DNA from: Octopus sinensis
Lineage: Eukaryota
Length of the DNA stretch: 64,000 bases
Direction of reading: 5' to 3'
Assembly (NCBI RefSeq): GCF_006345805.1
Contig: NC_042997.1
Span: 130,882,001-130,946,000, forward strand
In this document: one piece after another, positions 12,271 through 23,189 of the stretch
How the letters are laid out: every line of letters begins with the position of its first letter
Position numbering within the stretch: position 1 is the stretch's first letter
Translations under genes and position numbers: made by a program
Notes under the pieces: model-generated
Told to the model about the DNA's origin: nothing
The model's database searches: none
What the model saw: only the letters and a program-made list of their open reading frames with translations

Positions 12271-12765
12271 TCTATATATATAAAACTCTAGTTGTGTGAG
12301 TGTCTGTCCCCTTCGATTTAGATTCCTAACTCCTCCCACATTTTGCGGTGCAGTTTAACCAAATTCGGGTATCTTATAGTCGTGATTAATATCGAGCCCG
12401 TCTGGCTATTAGCGCGCGTCTACGATGAGTCTACGATTTAAAAATAATTTAACATCATTTTTTATTCCATTTTAATGCATAATTTTTCGTGTGTCGATGG
12501 CGGCGGAGTTGGCGTCCATGGTCACACCTGCACCTGTTTGCTTCTCCCCCTTCTTCCCTCCCTCGTGAAGCTGTGGGGAAGGGAGTGTAAAGCGTTGTCA
12601 AGGAGACCAGCGTTCTTTTAGAACAACGACTTCATGGCTTGAAGACACCAAAACAGAAATGGCTAAGAAAGCCCGAATTGGCATCTATAAGGGAAGTAAC
12701 TCTCTAAAAATGCTTATATAGTTATTTCCCTTACAAACCCGAGCAACGCCGGGCGATACTGCTAG
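12271..12765 (+). mobile_element. Non-autonomous Helitron, subfamily 1
   Basis: A|TCTATATATATAAA 5' end; 3' hairpin CCCGAGCAACGCCGGG followed by CTAG|T. Confidence 0.88.
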
Positions 12766-12835
12766 TATATTATATAAATTAATATGTAATATTACATCGA
12801 TTTATAATATATAGTGCGATGTGTTTACTAAATAT

Positions 12836-13040
12836 TGGTCTCAAATTTTGGCACAAGGCCGGTAAGTTGTGAGGGAGGTGGTAAAGTTATTACATCGACC
12901 CCAGTGTTCTACTGGTACTTCTTTTATCAACCCCGAAAAGATGAAAGGCAAAATCGACCTCGGCGTAATTTGAACTCAAAGACGGACATAACGCCACTGG
13001 GCAATTTGCCCAGCGCACTAACAATTGTCAGCTCGCCAAC
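12836..13040 (-). mobile_element. Family B SINE
   Basis: Same core as 4870-5068. Confidence 0.7.
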
Positions 13041-13757
13041 AAGTGTTTACTAAATTTTATTTAACGGAGATCGCCGCGCGAATGCTTCTTCCCATAAGTT
13101 CACCGGATAAAGCCAGAAACTGGTCTCGAAGCCGCTATCAAGAACCCAACATCATCCCATCGGCGTTACAGTCAATGCTGCAATCATCCCTGCCACAGTT
13201 CCATTCCCAAAAGACCCAACTTTTGAGAAAACGAACTGGTCTGACGGCCAAGAAATTTTAGAAAGGAAGATCGTTCGTCTCCTAGCAGATTCTAAGAGTC
13301 ATGTCAAATTCACCATGCTTTCTGTCCTCTGCCAAACCCCTGGAGCTCAAAACACGATGTAGAGTTCAACAGAAGTACAAAAAAAAAAAAAACTACGTAA
13401 AGAAATTGGAAATTATCGTATGACCATTTCGCTTCGAAAAATCGAAAGAAGAGAAAAAACAAAAGTTTTCGAGAAATAGTAAAAATTAGGTATTTTATGC
13501 ATATTTGTCTCATGAAGGTGCTGTAGAATAACAATAATTAGTATTAGGAAATAATGATTTCTTTTTCTTCCATCGAATTACAGAATGAAGCAAGAAGGGT
13601 GTATGCAATATCATGAACATCGATATATTACTGGCACTTATTTATCAGTACTTTCAGATGAGTGAACAAACAAAATAAAATGTTGAACATGGAAGAACCA
13701 GCTATGTAGTCGCACGATCTACAGGAAAAACGGACAAATCTTCGACTACCGTCCTGA

Positions 13758-13777
13758 AACACACACACACACACACA

Positions 13778-13832
<55 letters not shown>

Positions 13833-13856
13833 TTTCTCTCTCTCTCTCTCTCTCTC
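13758..13856. repeat. (CA)n-(TC)n compound microsatellite
   Basis: Direct reading. Confidence 0.95.
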
Positions 13857-14571
13857 ATTCACCCACTCACTCAATCACTTACTCTCTCACTCACATACAC
13901 GTATTGATCATGTATAACTGAATACACGGAGCTAGAAGGCATCTAATAATAGGCCTGTTAGATCTGGGCTGACTTGGGACTAAATGATACTCATAAATGC
14001 AAAGTTTACTTCGTCCCCAAATCACCTTTTTCGGGATAGCTCAGTCGACAGGACAGAATCTCTTATAAATATTAAAGGCAAAGATCTGGTAGTGGACAAT
14101 CCTCTCCAAGAATCTTATCGAGCATTAGGATAGTTACTTCCCCTTCTCTCATCAATTGACGTACCTTATGTATATTCAGGAAAAACTTGTAACAGAAAAA
14201 TCATTGTAACTGTTTTTATGTTATTTCACAATTTATAACGTAAATTAAGGTGGTTCGTGATATCAATGACTTAATTTTCTATTCAACATTCTCTTCTGAT
14301 GTATTTATTAATCTTTCAAACTTTGACATCAGGTCAGAAATTTCAAAGCGAATGGAAGATTGATCACATCGAACTTAGTGATCTGCTTGTATTTATTCGA
14401 TCAATTCCGAAAGGATGAAAGACAAAGTCATCGTTGGCGGAATATGAAGGGGGAAAAAAACTAAAGAGTCGGAAGAAATGGCGCTAAGCTTTTTGTTTGA
14501 CGTGCTGAGGACTCTGTAAGCTCGGAGCTTTTAATACATTTATTAATAATCCAAAATTAGCTACCTGGCAT

Positions 14572-14956
14572 TCTTTTACTTGTTTCAGTCATTTGACTGC
14601 AGCCATGCTGGAGCACCGCCTTTAGTGGAGCAACTCGACCCCGGGACTTATTCTTTGTAAGCCTAGTACTTATTCTATCGGTCTCTTTGCCGAACCGCTA
14701 AGTTACAGGGACGTAAACACACCAGCATCGGTTGACAAGCGATGTTGGGGGGACAAACACAGACACACACATATATATATATACATATATACGATGGACT
14801 TCTTTCAGTTTCCGTCTACCAAATCAACTCACAAGGCTTTGGTCGGCCCGAGGCTATAGTAGAAGACACTTGCCCAAGGTGCCTCGCAGTGGGACTGAAC
14901 CCGGAACCATGTGGTTGGTAAGCAAGCTACTTACCACACAGCCACTCCTGCGCCTA
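14572..14956 (-). mobile_element. Family A SINE, full length, followed by a second partial head (about 14965-15063)
   Basis: Reverse complement of the 3858-4265 type. Confidence 0.88.
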
Positions 14957-15898
14957 TTTCTTTTAGTCGGCCCGAATCTTGCCCAAGGTCCCACCAGTGG
15001 GACTGAACCCAGAAACATGTGGTTGAGAAGCAAGCTTCTTATCACAGAGCCACGCCTGTGCCTTATGATAATTTCTTTAAAATGGAATCTTAAATTATTT
15101 TTATTTCATTTATTCTGCTACAGGAAAACTTTTATTACCTTCACAGTGTTTACCATTTTACAAAATTAAACTAGAAAATTGGACAAAAAAGAGAACACAA
15201 TCGAAAAAAAAAACTTAAAAAGAAAAAAAGAGAAAGAAAAAAGTAAAAAAACAAAACAAATCACCACCTTGGGTTGAAAAGTTGGGGTCACTGGGAAACC
15301 TCTCTAATGGCTATTGAGGCACGCCAGCACTCCTGCAGTGTTGCCTCGGGTGATGGCGAGGCTGATGTGCTGAAACAGCTATGTCAGTTAAAAAAAATCA
15401 AACGGTGATTTGGCGTGAGTTAGAATGAATTGCCGTATTTTTTCCTGCTTTCGGTGTTTTGAGTAGAAATTCTGTCGAGACCAGCTTTACTTTCATCCTT
15501 TCGAGACCGGTAAAAAAAAGTTATAGTCCGGAACAGTAGGTTGACTCAAACTATTCGAGAGCCGGGCAACATGCTTGTAGTATTAGGTGAGGCTCTTGGC
15601 TTTCTCAGATCTAGGGTGGCCGCCCGAACAGCAGTACCCAATCCTTCGATTGCAAACATTCAAACCAGAACTTTGGTTTGAGGATAACACTCTCTCACTG
15701 ACCTTGAAGAAAATGAGACTCGTGGTCGCTGACCGTGCTTCTCTGATTAAACAATCAAAAGTAAAATAGAAAAAAATGAAGCAATTTGTGGTTTTGTAAA
15801 ACTAAAGTTACGACAGTTATCTCCCTTCAAACAGCTTGCTACAATAAGATCCACACACCACTCACTCATTCACACATACATATACAAATACGCATGCT

Positions 15899-15935
15899 TG
15901 CATACATACATACATACATACATACATACATACAT

Positions 15936-15966
<31 letters not shown>

Positions 15967-15986
15967 TACATACATACATACATACA

Positions 15987-16020
<34 letters not shown>

Positions 16021-16034
16021 CATACATACATACA

Positions 16035-16065
<31 letters not shown>
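15899..16065. repeat. (TACA)n microsatellite
   Basis: Direct reading. Confidence 0.95.
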
Positions 16066-16066
<1 letters not shown>

Positions 16067-16184
16067 CTCGATTAGAGGGGATGATTAATTAATTTGCTAT
16101 TAATAATTAATAATTAACTTCCCAATCTCCATTTTCTTTTTCTTATATATATATATATATAGGTATAAACAGTAACTGCACGAC

Positions 16185-16318
16185 AATGTGAGGTATACTT
16201 GCCATCTCAATATGGCTAACCACTAAGGGTGGGTGTTACTGTAGCTTGGGGCTACAAGCTACAGTAACACCCACCCTTAGTGGTTGGCCATATTGAGATG
16301 GCAAGTATACCTCACATT
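16185..16318. repeat. Near-perfect palindrome, 64-bp arms and 6-nt loop
   Basis: The arms differ at one position, which is a G-U wobble on the + strand. Confidence 0.95.
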
Positions 16319-16337
16319 ATATATATATATATATATA

Positions 16338-16855
16338 CTAGCAGTATCGCCCGGCGTTGCTCGGGTTTGTAAGGGAAATAACTATATAAGCATTTTTAGA
16401 GAGTTACTTCCCTTATAGATGCCAATTCGGGCTTTCTGAGCCATTTCTGTTTTGGCGTCTTCAAGCCATGAAGTCGTTGTTCTAAAAGAACGCTGGTCTC
16501 CTTGACAACGCATTACGACGTTGATTTCATTACACTCCCTTCCCCACAGCTTCACGAGGGAGGGAAGAAGGGGGGAGAAGCAAACACAGGTGCAGTTGTT
16601 TGAGCGTGGACGCCAACTCCGCCGCCATCGACACACGAAAAATTATGCATTAAAATGGAATAAAAAATGATGTTAAATTATTTTTTAAATCGTAGACTCA
16701 TCGTAGACGCGCGCTAATAGCCAGACGGGCTCGATATTAATCACGACTATAAGATACCCGAATTTGGTTAAGCTGCACTGCAAAATGTGGGAGTAGTTAG
16801 GAATCTAAATCGAAGGGGACAGACACTCACACAACTACAGTTTTATATATATAGA
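16338..16855 (-). mobile_element. Non-autonomous Helitron, subfamily 1 (inverted close copy of 12271-12765)
   Basis: CTAG plus hairpin at 16338, TC end at 16855, and the same internal body. Confidence 0.88.
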
Positions 16856-17072
16856 AGATATATATAGCGTTATTCAAAAGCAGATTTCAAATTTATTTTA
16901 AAAACAAACGGTAAGAGACACAAACACATTCTACATGTTTCTTGATAGGGAAAGGTTTAAAGTTTATGGCTGAACATGATCAACTGAATTAAGCCTCAAA
17001 TAAAATAATATTTGAATTTTGTTTTAATGTCTCGTTTTGTTCATTTTATTTAAAGTTGTATAATTTTCATTT

Positions 17073-17280
17073 GTGCAATCCTTGAGAAAAAAGACCACGC
17101 CGCAAGAAAAGTCTTTTTGTGTGCTGCAGTTTGAGAAATATGAATCGATTGTGCAAGTGCAACGTATATTTCGCCGCCAATTCAATAAAAATCCACTTCG
17201 TCACACGCAAATTTACGAATGGCATAAAAATTTCAATGAAAAAGGTTGCATTTGTAAAGAGAAAAGCACCGATGCTCATG
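17073..17280 (+). pseudogene. Tc1/mariner transposase N-terminal HTH remnant (DUF4817-like)
   Basis: TPQEKSFCVLQF...SIVQVQRIFRRQFNKNP...IYEWHKNFNEKGCICKEKS. Confidence 0.75.
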
Positions 17281-17405
17281 TTGACTGCATATTACCTTAA
17301 AATAAACTTTAAACCTTCCTCTATCAAGAAATATGTAGAATGTGTCTGTGTCCCTTACCGTTTGTTTTAAAAATAAATTTTAAATCTCTTTCATTTTGAA
17401 TAACC

Positions 17406-17447
<42 letters not shown>

Positions 17448-17507
17448 TGTGTGTGTGTGCGTGCGTGTGTGTGTGTCTGTATGTCTGTATGTGTATATAT
17501 ATATATA

Positions 17508-17901
17508 CTAGCAGTATCGCCCGGCGTTGCTCGGGTTGTAAGGGAAATAACTATATAAGCATTTTTAGAGAGTTATAGCCAAAAAATAGCAAAAAAATGC
17601 ATTAAAAATTGAAAACAAATTAAGGTAATTTTTTTTAAAATCGTTGACACATCGTAGATATTTTTAGAGAGTTACTTCCCTTATATAAAAGCGAAAAAAA
17701 TGCATTAAAATGGAAAAATATGATGGTAAATTTTTTTTAAATCGTAGACTCATCGTAGACGCACGCTAATACCCAGAAGGGCTCGATATGAATCACGACT
17801 ATAAGATACCCGCTTTTGGTTAAACTGCACCGCAAAATGTGGGAGTAGTTAGGAATCTAAATCGTAGGAGACAGACACACAACTTCACTCTTATATAAAG
17901 A
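17508..17901 (-). mobile_element. Non-autonomous Helitron, subfamily 1 variant
   Basis: Same 3' hairpin-CTAG and a related 5' segment; internally rearranged. Confidence 0.8.
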
Positions 17902-19143
17902 TGCTTTTTTTTTTTCAGTCATAAAGTTAGATTTATGAAGGTCTTCAGTAGAAAATCCTTCGAATTCTGACTCGCTGCTTGATATAATGAAATTCGTATC
18001 CATTTTTTGTCAGAATTACAAATTTTGAAAACACAATAGGAACAAATTTCGGAAAAAAATCTCCCATAATTCACGGAATTAAAATTACACTTCGATTTTT
18101 GTACAAAACTGTAGTTGAAGTGTTTACGAAGTATAATACGTGTTTTCACGAATGTACTAAAGAGATTTGCTCTGATATTCTCATTTAAATATGAATAGGT
18201 AAATTCGGGCGGCTTGGTAACGAAAGGGTTAAACGGATGCATACATTTATTAATCTCTTATTATAATAACTATATATAAGTGTCGTCTGTTTATACAGAA
18301 ACACTGTTTCATACTGCAATTATAGAAACACTGCAATTATATATACATATATCTATATATAATATTATATAATAAAATATATACAGAGTAAAATAAAAAC
18401 CAATTTACCTTTTCTGTCCGTCTGTGTGTCTTTGCAAATGTGTTGGAATGATAAGTGAGTTGTGATTTGGCGCCTTTTTTACTAATAACAAACACACACG
18501 TGTTTGTATGTAGTTGTATGTGTATGTAGTTGTATGTAGTTGTATATGTATGTGTATGCGTGTGTGTGAGGAATGACACACACACACTCACACACGCACA
18601 CATGTACATCAATGCTTTCGGAGTGATATGTTAAAATATTGAGTTTTCTCGAATTTTGTCTTAATTGGTGGTAAAATTGAAAGAAATTTTTTATGGCATC
18701 ACCCACTGAAGTACTCTGAAAAATCTTAGGTAAACTCTAATTGAAGAAATTGTGTGAGGAGTAAATCGTTATGTATTTATTTGTTTCTGTTTGCTGTGTT
18801 TCTTTATTTTTTGAGTAGTGGTTTAAATACTTTCAGTTTAGTCTTCCTCAAATCACTCTGTCGCTATTTACTTTCATTTTATTCGTTGCACACTGTGTGT
18901 GCGTTTGCGTGTACTGTAAACCAGACTAAGAAAAGCATTTGACATACACACCAGAATGTGAGTTTTCTGTAAATTTTGTTTAATTGGAGTTTAAATTTTA
19001 AAAACTGGACCTGGCATGACCCGATGCATTCTACTCTTAAAAATGCTAGGTAAATTGTAATTGAAGAAATCCTATATTGTAGATTTCTATAACTCCCAAA
19101 GGGAGGCAGATAAAATCTGCCTTTTATAATAAGAGATATATCT

Positions 19144-19531
19144 TACTCTTTACTCTTTTACTTGTTTCAGTCATTTGACTGCGGCCATGCTGGAGCACCG
19201 CCTTTAGTCGAGCAACTCGACCCCGGGACTTATTCTTTGTAAGCCCAGTACTTATTCTATCGGTCTCTTTTGCCGAACCGCTAAGTGACGGGGACGTAAA
19301 CACACCAGCATCGGTTGTCAAGCAATGCTAGGGGGACAAACACAGACACACACACATATATATATACGACAGGCTTCTTTCAGTTTCCGTATACCAAATC
19401 CACTCACAATGCATTGGTCGGCCCGGGGCTATAGCAGAAGACACTTGCCCAAGATGCCACGCAGTGGGACTGAACCCGGAACCATGTGGTTGGTAAGCAA
19501 GCTACTTACCACACAGCCACTCCTGCGTCTA
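19144..19531 (-). mobile_element. Family A SINE, full length
   Basis: Matches the other copies. Confidence 0.88.
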
Positions 19532-19882
19532 TATATATATTTCGTTTTGGGATTTGGTTTGCCAGATACTTTATGAGTTCGTGTGCTGAAGCATATTCTG
19601 TTGTGTCTGAGGAGAATCATTTTCTTTTTGTGCCTTATAATGTAACACACTCACCGGTAGAATTTCCACTTATTTCTTATTTTTATTTTCCTAAAATTTT
19701 CGTTGCGTCTTGCAACCTTTTTAATAGTCTTGACATTTGTCCTCATCTTGTTTGTTCTTAACACAATGATTCGGCTGATATACCCTCCAGCCTTCATCAA
19801 GTGTCTTGGGGAAACTTGAACTCGAAAACATATGGTTAGGAAGTACAGCCACAATGAGAACCCAGGTTCAAAATTTCCCCAA

Positions 19883-19928
19883 GACACCTGATGAAGGCTG
19901 GAGGGTATATCAGCCGAAACGCTGTGTT
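19883..19928 (+). ncRNA. Minimal type I hammerhead ribozyme motif (PLE-type); this copy is probably inactive
   Basis: Stem I GACAC/GTGTT, core CTGATGA (19888-19894), stem II GGCTG/CAGCC, GAAA (19916-19919). The conserved U16.1 position (19922) is C. Confidence 0.7.
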
Positions 19929-20221
19929 AACAACAAACAAGATGAGGACAAATATCCGTCAATAGTAAATAATGTAAATAACGTACATCTCTATGTAGTT
20001 TGACATCAGGAAGATATCACTGACCCACAACACCACTCTCTTTTGAAAACACAAGGATTGTATGTAGGGTTCGAACTCGCTCACTTTTCGTGAACATGAT
20101 ATTGCTCGCGAACGCATCTTTATGAAAAGCATGGTGCAAGGTCAAAACGTTAGTTAACTCATAGGGTGTAAAAAGCATCCAAATTTACCGGCCTATCATT
20201 CGTTTCCCGAACGCAGTAAGC

Positions 20222-20710
20222 ATGCCAAGACTGACACAAAATCAGAGGGAGCAAGCCATGCTGGTCAATGTCCATTGCTAATGGCTTAAACTGCAGTATT
20301 CACACAAGTGAGCGGCTGAAGGAACGATACAATGGCACAAACAGCACAGATGATCGTCCTCGCAGCTGCCGACCGAGGGTTACAACGGCACGTCAAGATC
20401 GCTACCTGCACCGACAGCACTTGCAGGACCGATTCCCGGGGGAAGGGGACAACTGAATCCGTTAAACAGACTATAGAGAGTCCCTACAGACCTATTTGTG
20501 CAGAAACAGTTCGCCGCCGGATGAGATCTTTCAATCTGTCTTGTCGACGTCAGAACTAGCAATATCATCAGAGGTGGAATGTAGCATTCTCTGACGAAAG
20601 TCGATATTCCATTTCTGTAGCGGGTGGCTAGGATTTGGAGAAGGGGTAAACGTCATGCCGATAGCTGTGTGACGGAGAGAGACTCATGGGGAGGACAGAG
20701 CATCATGGTA
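20222..20710 (+). pseudogene. Tc1-type transposase remnant
   Basis: MPRLTQNQREQA...RPRSCRPRVTTARQDRY...AETVRRR...FSDESR, with frameshifts. Confidence 0.82.
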
Positions 20711-20785
20711 CCAGTTGCGTATCGGGGTCGATCTAATCGACTGGGCCCCCTCCCCCAAAATTTCGGGCCTTGTGACTAGAGTAGA

Positions 20786-21677
20786 AAAGAACATGATTCT
20801 TTTACGATTTGCCAATTCAGGCCGGTTTTCTTTGATTGCTTCTTCTAGTTTCATTAGTTGTTGACAGTAAACATCTGAATTGGTCGGTTGGTTCCTCGGA
20901 AGCAGCTCAAAATACACAACTTCGTAATTCCACCAAATTTGCAGCATGACTTTTTGATGCAATTCAGCTTTCGATGTGGTTTATGCTGGTTCATTACGCT
21001 TGGACCATGATCATTTTCGATTGATGCTATTGTAGACAATACATTTTTCATCACCAGTGATGATTCGCTTCAAAAAATGGTAGATTTCATTGCGTTTGAG
21101 AAGCATATTGCAAATATTGATTCGTTGTGTTAAGTGAATCTCTTTCAATCTATGTGGAACCCAAATATCGAGCTTCTTAACGAATTCAAGACATTTTAAG
21201 TGATTTTCAATTGTTGTGCGTGATACATTTAACCTATCTGCAATCTCTTGCACAGTTATATGACAGTCAAATTCAATTATGGCTTTGATTCAGTCATCAT
21301 CAACTTCTGTAGGTCGACCAGAACGTTGGTCATCTTTGAGTGAAAAATCTTCAGAATGAAATTTTAAAAACCATTTCTGACATGTGCATTCTGTTAAGCA
21401 ATCAACACCATAAACTTCACATATCTCTTTGTGAACTTTAGCAGCTTTCTTTCCTTTACGGAAATAACAAAGCAAAGTATTGCGAAATTGTTCGTTTTTG
21501 CACTACTTATTACAATTGACATTGAACTAACAGCTGTAAACAAAATTACGCGCAATTTGCTTCTAAAATAAGCTAAAAGTAACGGCTATCAAATGTCAAA
21601 AGGAAAAAAATCATAATATTGTCACTCAAAAAAATCGTAAGTGCATTTGCGAAAAACGAAATTACTTTCTTGCCAAC

Positions 21678-21682
<5 letters not shown>
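20786..21682 (-). mobile_element. mariner (DD34D-type) element, 3'-truncated
   Basis: TIR TATTGGGTTGGCAAGAAAGTAATT at 21682. Fragments RSGRPTEVDDD, WVPHRL, ITGDEK and KVML.IWW...YFELL...YCQQL. Confidence 0.9.
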
Positions 21683-21718
<36 letters not shown>

Positions 21719-21719
<1 letters not shown>

Positions 21720-22960
21720 TGATAAAACGGTAAGATAAAAAAAGAAAAAGAAAGAGACCTCAATATTATGTAAATAGAGGAAATTTATCTATACAATATG
21801 TTACATTACTCGGTAGTCAAGATAAAACTCTGAGTTTCAGGCCGAAGTGGAAATCCACAACACCATCTCTTCGGTTATCTGGCTATTTGAAAACGTTATG
21901 AAAAAATACCGTAAAAATGAAGGGAAATTACTCTGTTATAACTGCTTTGCCTGCGTACTTATACATCGCTCGCATTTTTCGTCATAAAAATTATATAAAA
22001 ATACATAAAATATATAAAAATATATAAAATCTTCTTGGACATAACACAGAAGCATGTTCTATCCGTTTTCTTTAGGGGACAAAAACGTAACAGAAATTTA
22101 GTCACTGTGGGCATGATCCGAAAAGCTCTGTCCTTGTATTTAGACATGTGGTAGGGTCTAAGCTGTTTTCCAGATAAGCCATCTCTCCATGTCGCATAAA
22201 CCGCACCTTCCGCTGCCGTTAGTATAGGGCTTACATCTGGCCAAAATCTTCCATTGTATGTTATAATCGACACCTTTATCTCTTAAAGACCAAATATGAT
22301 TGGATAATTGTGTTTTCTTTTGTTCCAGTGCCTAAAGCTCAAAGTGTGGTTATGAACCTGGCCTTGAAATTACAAGGCCAGGTTCAATAACCACACTTGA
22401 GCTTAGGCACTGGAACAAAAGAAAAGCGACACAATTATCCAATCATATTTGGTCTTTAGAGATAAAGGTGTCGATTATAACATACAATGGAAGATTTTGG
22501 CCAGATGTAAGCCCTATACTAACGGCAGCGGAAGGTGCGGTTTATGCGACATGGAGAGATGGCTTATCTGGAAAAGCAGCTTAGACCCTACCACATGTCT
22601 AAATACAAGGACAGAGCTTTTCGGATCATGCCCACATGTGACTAAATTTCTGTTACGTTTTTGGTCCTAAAAGAAAACGGATAGAACATGCTTTCTGTGT
22701 TATGTCCCAAGAAGATTTTATATATTTTTATATATTTTTATGTATTTTTATATAATTTTTATGACGAAAAATGCGAGCGATGTATAAGTACACAGGCAAA
22801 GCAGAGTTATAACAGAGTAATTTCCCTTCATTTTTAACGGTATTTTTTCATAACGTTTTCAAATAGCCAGATAACCGAAGAGATGGTGTTGTGGATTTCC
22901 ACTTCGGCATCTGAAACTCAGAGTTTTATCTTGACTACCGAGTAATGTAACATATTGTAT

Positions 22961-22963
<3 letters not shown>
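21719..22963. mobile_element. Fold-back palindrome of a Penelope-like element 3' end (GIY-YIG endonuclease C-terminus plus 3' UTR)
   Basis: Arms are about 21788-22366 and 22373-22963. ORF 22449-22670 (YNIQWKIL...RCGLCDMER...LNTRTELFGSCPH..KFLL) resembles PLE endonuclease C-termini. Flanked by (TA)n on both sides. Confidence 0.8.
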
Positions 22964-23047
<84 letters not shown>

Positions 23048-23070
23048 AAGAGAGAAAGAGAGAGAGAGAG
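22964..23070. repeat. (TA)n(GA)n microsatellite
   Basis: Direct reading. Confidence 0.95.
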
Positions 23071-23189
23071 TGTGTGTCCCAAAATTAAGGCAACCAACTT
23101 TTTTCCCTTTTGGAAAAGCAAAATATTGTTATATTTCGAGTCTGAGCGTTTCAATGCAATGGTAAAAGAAACACAATTATGACACTATC

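Noticed and set aside
18611-19080. Two diverged ~130-bp direct repeats (about 18630-18750 and 18955-19075)
   Set aside because: They are too degenerate to call LTRs or a functional unit, with no TG...CA ends or TSD.
22449-22800. Selenoprotein/SECIS as reported for some Naiad PLEs
   Set aside because: All Cys codons here are TGC/TGT with no in-frame TGA. The endonuclease is C-terminal, unlike Naiads, and I saw no convincing SECIS.
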